64,000 bases of DNA, taken from Podarcis gaigeae. Its lineage: Eukaryota. This document shows, in pieces, positions 12,701 to 24,700 of the stretch. The translations under genes and the position numbers were made by a program. The stretch lies in NCBI GenBank assembly GCA_964106915.2, contig OZ066918.1. One strand, written 5' to 3'. Below the pieces are notes generated by a model that did not search any database, had not been told where the DNA came from, and worked only from the letters and a program-made list of their open reading frames with translations. The stretch's first letter is position 1; every line of letters starts with the position of its first letter.

Positions 12701-14572
12701 TGCAGTGTGCAAACCACTAAGCAGGGCACTCCTGATGTTGGACTACAACTCACATCAACTCTAGCTGTAGCTGTTGGGGATGGCTAACAACATCTGGATG
12801 GCCTCAAGTTCCCCATCTTGGCACCAAAGCAAGTCAGGTGTTGTAAAGGCAGCTCTAAATGGTCTTCTACGATGTAGATCTCTTCAGGACAGAGCAGGAA
12901 ACAGAGGAGGCAAGAGAATGCCCTGAACAGAAGAAACCTGCTGCTTGGTGGTACCTGCAGAACCCACCAAATAACTACGTAACACACACACACCTTGTCT
13001 TACCTCTAAGTGCTCATCTGTAGCCACCTGTTCATTCAGCATCTCATTGTAGGCATCACATATACGTGTCACTTGCACAAATCCAGTGAGCCCATTGGGC
13101 AAACTGATCACCAGCTCAAACTGATTAGACTCTTTCACGCATCCTAAGAGCAGTACCCCTGCAGTGAGGGACTGTTTAAAAAACAAGGACAGGTAATAAG
13201 CAACTTTCAGAATCACTTTTTTATCCTGTGTTCTACACAACTAGACTGTCCCCCACAGGGGAAAAAGGTATAATGTTAATAAAAGCTGTAAGTCCCCTTT
13301 TTAACAAGACCTAAAAAAATCCAAAGAAAAGCGCAAGGGGGAAATTACATCACTGCCTTCTGCATGCTATGAATTATCTCTCAATACCACAATGATGTAC
13401 AATCTACTCCTGTCTCATATGCTACTATTTGAAATGGTACTACTTATTATTGTGTAGCTATTTGCCACAGTGTGAAAATAAGCCATAATACAAATTATAG
13501 ACCAACCTCAACTGTTAGAAATTCAAAATGTTTAACACCGATTTTTACAACGGCTTTCTTCTCAATCTTGAGTTTTTTTGGCTTTGTTTCATCTTGATGG
13601 TTTTTCTTTCTTTTCTTGGTCACTTCTTCATGTTGTGTCTAAGACAGTTAAAAAAAAGAAAGACATTTCAAGATTTTGAAAAGACAGTTGCTTCCCTAAA
13701 ACAATAGTTTAGTTTTAGAGCTGCAAAGGGACCCATGAACGTAACCTGCAGGAAAGCATGTTTAAGAGAGTTTAATCTTAAGGAAGGAAGAGCTAAAGTT
13801 AAACAAGAATGGAGATGCTGTTACCTTCCCGATATTGCTGGATTACAACTTCCATCATTTCTAACCAATGGCCATGATAGCTAGGGCTGGTGGAAGTTGG
13901 AGACCAACAACATCTTGAGATCGACAAGTTCCTGCACTAACCCAGTTTAGTGTTATGGAAGCAAGTGAGCTCAAAATTGAGGCTGAAGTCCTCCACCTCC
14001 TCTCTCTTCCTCTGGCACACATCAAAGGAAGAATTTTGAAGCATTCACTTCCGAGTTTAAACGAACCACAATTTGTTGCTATGCCCAAACCGGGCCAAAC
14101 TCTAGCTTATTGAAATGAGCCAAAATCAGAAGCTACAGTTTAATCGGCAGGAAACTTGTTTATACAGCACAGGCATTTCTCTTCTATCCTGAAGAGTTCC
14201 CAGAACCACTTATTGTGTTAAGAACAATGTCAGTGCATCAATCTGGGGCTATAGCACAGTGATAAAGCATATGAATTGAATGCTGAAGAATCTGGGCTGA
14301 ATCCTTGGCAACTCCAGTTAAAATTGCTACAGGTAAGAGGGTTTGCGAAACACCTTTGTAAGCAGTTAGAGAATTGCTACCAAGCAAAATAGGCAGTAAT
14401 AAGCGACAAGATGAACCTATGATCTGACTTAGTAGAAGGCAACTTAATAGGTTCACAATTTGCATACTTTGAATAAATTATCCTGCTCTACTGTTGATTG
14501 TCTGGCTGCTTTTTCTTCTTGACTTTTCCTTTGTGGGCCACCTCGAGGGAAATTCTCTTCTAAAGATGACAT
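712..14572 (-). CDS. PDCD11: Protein RRP5 homolog (S1-domain rRNA biogenesis factor), 5' part; gene continues beyond the left edge
   Basis: Coding exons (minus strand, GT-AG, frame-consistent, 2772 nt = 924 codons): 14572-14468, 13638-13507, 13171-13004, 11399-11238, 10615-10492, 10094-9913, 9260-9153, 8941-8735, 8306-8182, 7462-7402, 6884-6738, 5554-5303, 4826-4683, 3828-3634, 3053-2883, 2023-1804, 1272-1120, 827-712. Starts [18 protein letters not shown]; S1-repeat motifs such as [12 protein letters not shown] and [16 protein letters not shown]. Confidence 0.96.
2468..2625 (+). mobile_element. Sauria SINE 3' fragment
   Basis: Aligns by eye with 38208-38354 (GTCATGCTGGCCACATGACCCGGAA..GGGGTCCTTTACCTTT). 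Confidence 0.8.
3054..3633 (-). other. PDCD11: U12-type (minor spliceosome) GT-AG intron of PDCD11
   Basis: Minus-strand donor GTATCCTTG at 3633-3625; branch site TTCCTTGAC at 3073-3065, 11 nt before the exon, with only a short pyrimidine stretch before TAG. Confidence 0.9.
7840..7903. repeat. Perfect 32-bp tandem duplication
   Basis: GAATGGACCTCAATAGAATTTCCTTTGTAACT x2. Confidence 0.95.
11652..11945. repeat. Long inverted repeat (about 60-bp arms), probable MITE
   Basis: 11652-11712 is the reverse complement of 11884-11945 with about 3 differences; no clear TSD. Confidence 0.8.
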
Positions 14573-15010
14573 GGTTATCTTTCTGCAATGGAAGCAACGA
14601 AGTTATTTGAATACAAATCATGTTCAAAAGGGCAAAACCAACACAAACATTTTCTTATATGCAAAGAATGAGGACAGACTTTAAAATAACAGGAATAAAA
14701 TAATTGTTGTGCTTTTGAAGATGATTCATTCTCTAAAACAAGACAACACTCATGAGAGTATCAGGACACCTTTATGAACTCTTGTTCACATTTATGAAAC
14801 TCACATTTATGAACTCTTGTTCATAAATATTGTTAATCTATGATGTGCAAACATTGTAGCACACCTACTCAAACTGAATGTCTACTGGTAGAGATGCAAA
14901 AATAAGCTAGTCCTTCCTTTGTTCTTAAGTAACAAAGAGCTATTTCATGAACCAAGATCCTAAGTATTCAATGCCTACATAAGTGGAGATCAATAAATTG
15001 TTTTTTCTAT

Positions 15011-15277
15011 CATTAGCTCAGTTGGTTAGAGCGTGGCGCCAATAACACCAAGGTCACAGGTTTTATCCCAGCATGGATGCATCCCAGGGGTTGGACTAGA
15101 TCAGTGTTTCCCAACCTTGGGTCTCCAGCTGTTTTTGGACTACAACTCCCATCATCCCTAGATATCAAGACCAGTGGTCAGGGATGATAGGAAATGTAGT
15201 CCAAAAACAGCTGGACCCAAGGTTGGGAAACACTGGACTAGATGATCCTCAGGGTCCTCTTCCAAGTCTATGATTCT
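15011..15277 (+). mobile_element. tRNA-Ile-like SINE with CR1-type tail, interrupted by a hAT MITE
   Basis: Head TAGCTCAGTTGGTTAGAGCGTGGCGCCAATAACACCAAGGTC resembles tRNA-Ile(AAT); tail GGTTGGACTAGATGATCCTCAGGGTCC..TCTATGATTCT. Confidence 0.75.
15102..15235. mobile_element. Palindromic hAT-type MITE
   Basis: TIR CAGTGTTTCCCAACCTTGGGTC at both ends; perfect 8-bp TSD GACTAGAT (15094-15101, 15236-15243). Confidence 0.9.
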
Positions 15278-15689
15278 TTCACTCGGCCAAGAAAATAACT
15301 CACCTGTTGATTTCTGGCCGTTGTGCAGCTATTAGAGACCCAAAACCTTTGTATTTTAAAATATGACAAACTAAAAAGAGAGCATTTCACAAACAATATG
15401 CACTATTCTAAATGACTTTGCTTCATAACCATACCAGGATTTTAATCATTTACCCCACATACACTCAGAAAAATCTAGCAATCTTTTGCTAGTTTTAAAA
15501 TATAAACATTTTTATATAGCTCAGAAGGCACAAAGTGGAAGCTGGGGCAGATAAGAGCACTATTTTCACTCTGTCTTTATGTCCATAAAGCAGCTTTCAA
15601 TATTAAAAAAAATAAAATAGCAAAAACAAATGGGTTAAATCAAGCCACACAGCCCCCCTTCCATGTCTTCTGTGAGAGATCCTGCAATC

Positions 15690-16290
15690 AGAAGAGCGGA
15701 GGCGCGTCACAGCAAGCACACCGGCCGCGAACCCGCAAGGCACTCACACAGCCACGCTAGTTCTACACGTGCAACCCACCTTGCCGTATTTCTCAATCCC
15801 CAGCTCACTCGGACTCGGCCCCCTCTCCTTAGGCCACCCTCCTTCCCGTCATTATCCCTCTTTTCCAGAGAGCTCAGCTTATGTACCTTTCCCCCCACGC
15901 TTCTCCAACTCACGGGCACGCCTGGGGCATGAGAGCCGCCATCTGCTCCGTAACCCGGAAACGAATTCGAAGGCTAGCAAAGGGCAACCGGAAGTGGGCT
16001 TTGCGGAAACCGGGCCGTGGTAGAACTCGCGGGACGGTTTATTAGTCGTCACAGAGCGCAAGGAATCCGGTAACTTTGACAAACACGCAAATTGCCCAAT
16101 CACATCATACCTTTCTGAGGCAGTGCCGCCTTACTCCGTCAGGGCGGCGCGCCTCCCCCAATCAGAGGCAAGCGGAAAGGACGGCTGTTTGAGCGACGCC
16201 ATCTTGCACGCGAAGGGCATTGAATGGTTGTTATCGGGAGGAGAAAGCGGGTAATAACTGCGGCGGGCGCTGACTTGGCTCGGCAGAAGG
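15690..16290. promoter_or_regulatory. CpG-island bidirectional promoter of PDCD11 / ATP5MK
   Basis: CpG-dense block between divergent genes; ETS/GABP ACCGGAAGTG at 15987-15996, YY1-like GCCGCCATCT (15935) and CGCCATCTTG (16197), CCAAT at 16096 and 16158. Confidence 0.8.
15914..15960 (-). other. PDCD11: Probable first exon of PDCD11 (5' boundary approximate)
   Basis: Lies in the CpG island; best donor is CCC|GTGAGT at 15913-15908; acceptor of the next exon is TTGCAG| at 14583. TSS cannot be fixed from sequence. Confidence 0.5.
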
Positions 16291-16912
16291 TTAATTTTGT
16301 TGGGGTGTTTTAGTAGCATCTGTAAAAAGGGTAGAGGCCCTGTTAGTGTCTTGTGACACACACATGCACCCTGTTAGATGTAACCTTCAAAGAGTGCTAT
16401 GGCAATTGAAATTCAGTTTAGTAAGCCAATAGCTACTGCATAGGTCCGAAGGGTCAGATTTTTTGTGCTGCTGTTTCCGACCGGGCCGAGGGATTTAGGC
16501 TGTCATTTTCTATTCTGTGTGTTGTCCTCAAAACTCGTTATGAATGTCATTGGTTGGTATATAGAGTAATTTAGCGTTTGATACTCTTTATACGCAGGTT
16601 GCTGTTCATATGAAATAACTAAAGTTAGTTCAATGGTAACAGCTAACCGAGGTCTAAAGGAGCTTCTGTTATGTTGATTGAAAAGTTCTGAGCAGTTTGA
16701 ACTGTTTAAAGGCTATTATTTCACTAGTAAACGATGATGCATAAAATAACTTTCTGGTTAGTGAAATATCCCAATGGGAATATGCAAAACGGATTGGTTT
16801 CTTTTTTCTGAAGTTCTGGTGTTATGCATAGCACCAGACACTGGTTGGCTTTGCTTATGACTCTGTAGTGTCCCTGTATCTGCAAGAGGATGAGCCATCT
16901 CTTTTTTTCCAG

Positions 16913-16980
16913 ATTTGCAGTGTAAAATCAGTCCACGTGTTGAGGAGATACCTGTGTTAATCGCAGTTGAGAAACATTTG
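16913..16980 (+). other. ATP5MK: Probable non-coding 5' UTR exon of ATP5MK
   Basis: Pyrimidine tract CTTTTTTTCCAG| before and |GTAAGT after, located between the promoter and the first coding exon. Confidence 0.6.
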
Positions 16981-17725
16981 GTAAGTTGGTCTCTTATACT
17001 AGATCGAACTAGTTTTCCTCAGTGAATTGATTTGAATGTTTCAGTGGTTGATGCCTATTCCCTTCCACTTCTTGCTGAACAACAGTGATTGAAGGTCTGT
17101 TTAAAAGTGCTTGCTTTCTGCCCAGACTTATGCCTTTACCTATGACATTGATGGCCTGACTCCTTGGGGTGGGAAACTACAGTTGTTGGTCTAGTTGGTC
17201 ATTGACTCGACCAGGTATAGGTGGTACAGGAGTTGTAGCCTGGAACGATAAGATAAATTTACTGCATGAAGTATTCTGATGTCAATTAAAACTATGGATT
17301 ACATCATTCTTACAAATAGGACATGCAACTTTTATTAGGTTATCTATTATTATTATTATTATTACCCATGCATCTTAATAGTGGCAGATCTGTAACCTGC
17401 TCTGTGGAGGCTCAGGTGGCTAAACAATTAGTTATTTACAAGCCCATATTACATTTCTTGAAGCATCGCTCTTAACTTCAGAAGTAACCATTATTGTTTG
17501 AAGGTCAGCACTGTAAAATATATTGGTATTAGATGTAGCAAACAATTCAGAATAACAGCTTTGAGTAGATCCTCCTATGTAGTTTTAGTTTTAGTAGCTA
17601 ATGCTTTCATGCTCAAATGTAAATAATTGGAATGAAGTTGGTCTACTTTGGCTGGAAGATACTGTAGATTTTTTTAAAAAAGATTCAGTACTAACTTCCT
17701 TTTTTAAAATCTAGGACTAATAGTG

Positions 17726-18363
17726 ATGGCAGGACACGATGCTGGGTCACAACACCAATTCACAGGGTTTCATAAATACTTCAATACCTACACCATGACA
17801 GGCAGAAGAAATGTAAGTGTCCAGTTATATAACTGCTAAGAAACAAAGAAGTTGATTCTCAAAAGTTCCTGAATTGATTTGGGAATGTGTGGGGTGGGAA
17901 CCTCTGGCACACAGACCGAATTAGGCTTGGCAGGGATCCTAATTTTGTTTGCAAGGCTCTATTCCACAAACCACTTGCCCTGCCTCTGGTATCCTGTGGT
18001 GTGGCCTTCCCTTTGAAATGCGTTTCTAAGAAGTTTAAATGAAATCTCCTTGGAACACACTTCAGAAGGTGATGTCTTAGCACCCAAGGTGATGTCACCT
18101 GACAACATTATTACATTAGGTGGACAGCCCTGCCTTCCTGTCAGATTTGGGCTTTAATAAACTCAGGTACTTTTAATAATCCATTTCTCTCTTTCCTGCA
18201 CTTAAATAACAGAAAAACAACCCTTTGAAATGTGTTTTATCTGATGACTAATATCCTTTTCTGTCTTTAGTATGTTATAGCTACATATACAACGATTGCA
18301 ACTATCATCCTGTATTTTAAACTGAGGCCTAAGAAGCAAACTCCGGCCGTGACACAGAAATAA
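17726..18363 (+). CDS. ATP5MK: ATP synthase membrane subunit k (USMG5/DAPIT), 59 aa
   Basis: Exons 17726-17812 and 18271-18363 give MAGHDAGSQHQFTGFHKYFNTYTMTGRRNYVIATYTTIATIILYFKLRPKKQTPAVTQK*, matching the DAPIT pattern (FTG..KYFN.YT.TGR.N, one TM helix, YFKLR.KK.PAV). Confidence 0.96.
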
Positions 18364-19255
18364 GATGGGTAAGTGTCTGCCATATTTTACTGGTGCCAGT
18401 AGGGCTTAAAACCTCCAGAAATCCAGGTAAATCTCTGTATCTGTACATGAAATGTCAAATGCAAGTTTAGGATCTTAAGCACTTGTATTGTTATGAGTAA
18501 ATCATTTCATAGGGCTTTAAGCAGATTACAACATGAATGAAGTTATTTCTTACCAGGAATGTTGTTATCATATGTTGCTGTCTCTCTAATCTCAACTTGA
18601 ACATAGAAGGGCTTTCTTAAATGGCATAACAAAGTGTAGTGATCTTGAATTTGTGTAACACTCTGTTCTTCAGCTAATCAAAGACCAGGAGCAGATGCAT
18701 AGTACCAGAAATTTGATACAGGATATGCAAGGTTAATTTGCTTGTTTTTGAAACCTGGGATGTTTGCCATGAGTTTAAATTTCATAGATGTCTTAATAGA
18801 GTTGGCTAAGGAAAAGTTGATAGTTCAGATAGCAGCAATTGCTCAGCCTGTGCATTTTTATCCTATTTTATGTCACTCAGTTCTTCACTGAGTGGCATGG
18901 CAAGACTATCTAAATGCAGAAATAAGGGGAAGTGGTTGCTTTCATATCCTCTTGACATCCAGTTGTGAGCATACCTTTAAGTTCTGCCCAGCTAAATAGC
19001 ATGTTATTTCATGTCAGCAGTGTATCCCCATTTGTATGATCATATATCTGCTTAATAAGCCTTAAATGTGTGAGCCAGCAAACCGACCAGGAAGTCTTGT
19101 TAACTGTAATTTCCCATTTTGTATGAGCCAGGAAACTGGTTAATGGCTTCAGAACAAGCCAGTATATGAATTTTCCTGGTTTGGGCAAAATACTGCCACT
19201 GTGTGTAGAAGTTGTGCAAGATGTAGTAACTGAATGATGTTTATTTTTTTGACAG

Positions 19256-19340
19256 GTTGACATGTTGACACTGGACCATGCACATAATATAACTAGAAGT
19301 TGATGTACACTTCAATAAATCATGAACAGTGATGAAGTTT
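19256..19340 (+). other. ATP5MK: Terminal non-coding exon of ATP5MK with poly(A) signal
   Basis: Donor GG|GTAAGT at 18368, acceptor TTTTTTTGACAG| at 19255, AATAAA at 19314-19319; 3' end approximate. Confidence 0.75.
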
Positions 19341-20830
19341 GTCATCTGTACACATTGTCACTACAGAAGTGACGGTCCTATATATAAACAGCGTGCAGAG
19401 TTCTAGTGTGTACAATTCAGTTAAGGAGCCCTTTCAATCTGTGTTGAGAAATGATGGATACATCCTTAGGCATTACTGTACCTCTGGGATAAATGTTACA
19501 CTGCATTCTGTTCCAAAAGTAAATTATGGCTTTCATTACAACCATTTGTGTTCCATTTGTAGTAAGAGAGGAACAAACATGATCCTATTTCCTGTGTCTT
19601 AAACATGTGGATGGTGCTGAGCAGAGTATGGCACTAATACTAAATGTTAATATAACCTGTTTAATCTACAGGCATTCGTCAACATATGGAATTCAATGAT
19701 CTGGCAGGGCTGCTTTTACATTGAGGATAATGCTGAATGATAGGTGTTAGACTACTTGACTGATCTTATTTCTGAGCAAATATGTGTCTGCACCACTCTG
19801 CACAGCCTTAATTCAACCCAAAGTGAAATGCAGATAGGTAATTGGGATTGTGGGTTGCATCCATTGTGGGATAACAAAGCTTTCACTTGCTTTTAACCAA
19901 TTGTGGTTTATTATGTCCAAATGGAGACAAAATGGGCAGTCTTAACTATGGTTTATGAACTGGTCATTCACCAATCCATAGCAAAGATTAACTACTGTTT
20001 AGGCTTCAAATGTAACAGTACCTGTAATTAAATTGAAAGTAGAAAGGGAAGCTTCTAATCTTGCAGTCCTGCAGGAAGTGGCTTGCTTATTTATGTAATG
20101 CAAAAACATAATTTAGTGTTGAGACTCAAACCAGGCCTAAATTCCACCACTTTCTGCAGTTTGCCTCTTAGGAAACATCCTTTATGATGCTGCATATACA
20201 TTTCCTCCCAGATGATGTACTTCCAGTGACCTGCAGGCCCCTTCTGATGGACAAATGTTCTGATCGGTCACCTAGAGGCTAGTAGTGAGCAGGGTCAAAG
20301 AATGCAATTTTTACTTTTGTACAGTTTGCTAATTTCTACACACATCCCTCTAGCCTCCATCCAGGGAATCAAAAGAGGCATTGTTCAAGAGTACAAAGCA
20401 CAGCCACTAGAATATGGCTGCGGTAGGCTTGTGGCCTGAGAAGACTTGCAAAGGCCAAGCAGAGAGGCCCAGATGACTGCATTTGGCTTTCAGGCCTGTG
20501 GTTCCCCACCCCCATTTTAAAGATGTGACTAACTGGCTTCCCTGAAACACTGATTTCTATACATACAACCCTTTTAAAAATCCAGTTGTAAACTTGACAA
20601 AGCATTACACTATTTCTGGAATTATGTAAGTGGAAATCTTCCACAAGTAGTATTTAACAGCCTCACTTTTTTTTCCTTTAAAATCATGATTCTCTCATTT
20701 GCTTTGTCTCTGAAGATAAAAGCTTTTAGTACAAGGGCTGCTTTTGCTGGAACTACAGAATATAGGTTCAGACGGGTAAAAACAAGGCCCTTGTGAGCAA
20801 ATGAAACTGAAAGACAGGCACAAAATATAT

Positions 20831-20836
20831 TTTATT
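20831..20836 (-). terminator. TAF5: Probable TAF5 polyadenylation signal
   Basis: AATAAA on the minus strand at the end of an AU-rich stretch about 0.93 kb past the stop codon. Confidence 0.55.
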
Positions 20837-21767
20837 ATAAAATATCAAAAGTATAAAACTGTACATAATGCAAAACCATGGCAGTATGTTTTTAAACTAA
20901 TGGATCCATACTAGTTTTCAACAAATTGTGTATAGCTGTGGCACAATTTTTCACAGAAAGCATAAATGACACTTATGCTTTGTCATTCTAGAAAGGGCTC
21001 AAAAAGTATTTCTCCCCCTGGCAAATACTTAAGGGGGGTAAATCAAGATTCTTGTGGTGGGAGGTTGGTCTACTTTTTGTATCCAAAATAGTTAGGAACG
21101 CAAAAAATCAGTTTTAAAGGTTTCAAGTATTGTTTGCGTTTCCTAAAATGCCGCTTACTGGTAATTGAAGTTTTAGAAATGTTCAATCTTGTTCAATTTG
21201 TGCTTTTCAGCTTTGAAGAAACTAGGTTACTCACATAAGTCAGATAACTACTTAGGCCTCTTCACAGCTTTATAAAGAAGAAACAGCTCCATAGAGACAA
21301 ATTCCACTCTTGAAGAACTTATATGAACAAGCCTTATTCCGAAAGAAAATTTTGGGTACTTATTAAACCTGTGTTAACGCCAAACTAAGTGCTTTTAAAT
21401 TGTTGTTCAAACAACTTTGCTTTATGCAACTGGCACTACAGTTTTGTAGTGCCTGTTGTCATTTTGTGGACAAGGTTAAGCAAGGTATTCCCACATACTG
21501 TTTACTTCTTTTAAAAAGCCATGCCACATTATATGTTTCTTCCCCTATTTTTATGATGTCAGTGTCTCAGCACTAACACTGGGGTTGGGGTGGGGTTTAA
21601 AATAGCAGTTTCTGAAGGTGTTGCTTGAATCATCATCAGTTTGCACCATTTGTTCTGGCAGACAAGTTCAGTTCATTTGTATAATATGTACATTGTGGTC
21701 TTCATTAATTCAAGTTATTCTAAGATATACATGAGACTTGTACAATCAAGTCTTGTAGTTTGGTAGT

Positions 21768-24700
21768 TCACTGAGGACTGTATGCTCCAGCGGCAAGAAG
21801 CAAATTTCTGCGGGTAAAATGAAGATGTGTGACAGGGGTCGATTTGGACATGTATGTACCCAACAGCAAGTCTTGGGAGCTTTCAGGCAGGTTTATATGT
21901 CCAGTGGCTGTGGTAAAATCATCTGTTTCTAAGTCCTCAAAGGCTTTCACAGCATCCCATAGCTTTACCGTGTTATCCATGGAACCTAGGAAAAATGAAA
22001 ACAACTCTTCTAATTTAAAAGGACATAACATTTAATTCTGAATATAAAGAAAAAACTTCTGCTATACACCACAACCCATTCGTCAAGGTGAGGATCTACA
22101 AAACTAATAATCACTTCTTATATTCACTGCTAAGTACTCTGTAGTAGTTAATAGCCTTTCAAAGATAAAGCCTTTTCAAAGATCCTTCAGCCTGCTTGCA
22201 GGGAGGAGAGGAAGTCCTAATGCATGAGTCGGAACCCATTTCACTCATGCATGGACTCTGTAGAATATGACCCAACGTTTCTAAAATTCTGGTAACAGGA
22301 CAGAAAATGCAGGTCCCACTCTCACAATTTATAGTTTAACAGATACAAGCTGAAACCCTCGTAATAGTAAAAAATAAATGGAATTATAATTAAGTTATAT
22401 TTGTATTATAGTATGAAATCCCTTCACTGGATAGATTGGGGGCTGATGCTAATAAAATTACAGTGGGGGCGCATGAATAAGTAGGAAGGCAAAACCCATT
22501 TACTTTTTCAAAAAGACCCACTCCTTGTTCATAATAGGTAAAAAAAAAAAAAGCCAAATTCTGAGGGGAAAAATATTTAAAGTATTCTGCAAAGCCTGCT
22601 CGAATTTAGCATGCCCACTTTGGTAAATACATAAATAGTAGCTTTGCTTCAAAAGGTATATAATTGCATAAAAGGAAGTTTGGGCCTGGCCTATTAGCCT
22701 CAGGTGGTGGATGCTGGGGGATGCAGTGTAGAAGCAGTGTGTTTATGGACAAAGCTGTGCGCCATGCGGCCTCTCCTGCAGCCCCCAAGCTACCTGGCTT
22801 CCCACAGGTGCAGTACACGATACCTCCCCTCACCTTTTGCAAGTCATGTCTGCTTCTATACATGGAAAGTTGGGTGTGGCACCATCTTGTCCTTTAGGTT
22901 CAGTTTTTCTAGTTAACAGACAATGCTAGCAAATTAAAGTATTAAATGAATATGCTTTAACAATTGCTCACTAAATGGAAGACTGAGATGTCAAAATAGA
23001 GACAAGTCTATGATTCCAGATTTTAGTATTGTTCCACTAAACAGAGCAAAATTGACTTCAATACCTGATGCTAAGATCTCTCCATCTCTACTGAATCTGA
23101 GTGTGTAGACTGTGTCTGTGTGTCCTTTTAATTCTCCAACCATCAAACCATGCCCAATATCCCACAAAAGCACTCTTCCATCTGTTGCCCCAGTTGCCAA
23201 GAATCTTCCGTTAGGAGAAAATGCCAATGAATGAACTGGTCCCTGGAACAAAAATAAGCCTATTAACAACAACACTTATGCATCACCTTCTACAAGAAGC
23301 CTCAAGGTAAATTACACTAGAAATGATAACAATTCAAAGCTACAGAAAATCCTATATATAAAATCCAAAAACAAAACCGTCAACAGTATGCCTTGTTTTA
23401 CTTAGCAAGCACCCTTCAAATAAATAATGTCATTTCAGAGCACTCTGCACCACCTCTTCTGAGGTAACCTCTTATTTCCCAGTGGGAAGTTAAAAGATAG
23501 GTTGTGGTCCTATGGAGAAACAGTATCTATTCAAAAGGAAACTTTGAGCAACAAGTCAGTTTTTAACTAATTTCTAGTACTGTGTGCAAAGGTTTCAGCC
23601 ATCTCCTGTTACCATTTTTGTGCAACTAATGTATTTCAGTGTTAATCTCACATTAATTTACCTTATGTCCTGTGAAAATTCTGACACAATTCCCATTCAG
23701 GACATCCCACAGCCGCACAGTCCTATCTGCTGAGCCTGTAGCAACGTAGTTGGAGTTTGGGTGAAAACGCGTTGATGTGACATCAGCAAGATGGCCAGCA
23801 AAGATCCGCAAAGGCTGGTAGTGATCCGTAGCCCACAAGCTTAAACCAGTACAAAGAACATTTCAAAAATGTGAAACTAAAAATACATAACAAGACTGCT
23901 GATGTCCTGACGGCAAGGGAATGTGTGCTTCACAAGTACCTTGAAACTAAGCTGAGGAGTCGAGAGACGGGGGGGGGGGGGGCAAATTTAATTCTCCCTC
24001 TAGTATAAAAAAAATCTAAATGGCAATTAGTACTATTTTTAGTCAAGTTTCTTAGAGGATATATCCTAGAACAGGGATGAGGTACCTTTTTGACACAGCA
24101 GGCCAGACCTGCAATGGGGTGTGTTTTTTTGCGTTTTGTCCTCCCGAAAACCTGATGCCTTAATTTTGGGTTAAAAAAAGTAGGGGTCGTCTTATATAAG
24201 GGTCGTATGCCATATACCATATACAAAATAAGTTAACTTTGGCAGGTGGGTGGGGCCACCCACCTATCAATCATCTAATGTCAGGTGATTGATAGGTGGA
24301 TTCACCTATCAAAGTTAATCTGAGGCAGGGGGAGGGGTCTCCTTCACCAGTGCCATTCCGCTGGGAACATACTGGCAAAGCAACAACTATAAGGACTGAA
24401 ATCTCCACTCACCAGCTGATAAGCAGATAGTTCAGTCCTGCTGGCTGAAGGAGTATACTTCACCAGCATGTTCCCCACAGGGAACACAGTGGCAAAATAG
24501 ATCCTTGCAGGATTGAACCCTGCCCCCCCTTCATCAGCTGACATCACCCAGTGATATCTATTGAGATAGAAGTGGGTGTTGTTTGGGGGAAAGGACCTTG
24601 CAGGCCAAATTGGCCTTTGGGTTAGAGGTTCCCTACCCCTGCCCTAAAATATAGCAGATAGCAACAAGGAAATATCACCAACTGACAAGACAGAACTGCA

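Noticed and set aside
15011-15075. Functional tRNA-Ile(AAT) gene
   Set aside because: B-box decayed (GGTTTTATCCC), acceptor stem missing, and it continues into a CR1-like tail; it is a SINE head.
16250-17714. MIR1307 ortholog in the ATP5MK 5' region
   Set aside because: No GC-rich hairpin resembling miR-1307 is visible here.
23840-23842. AAG acceptors (TAF5 exon 9; also PDCD11 at 828-830) as non-canonical introns
   Set aside because: Still GT-AG with ordinary U2 donors and frame continuity; AAG is uncommon but normal.
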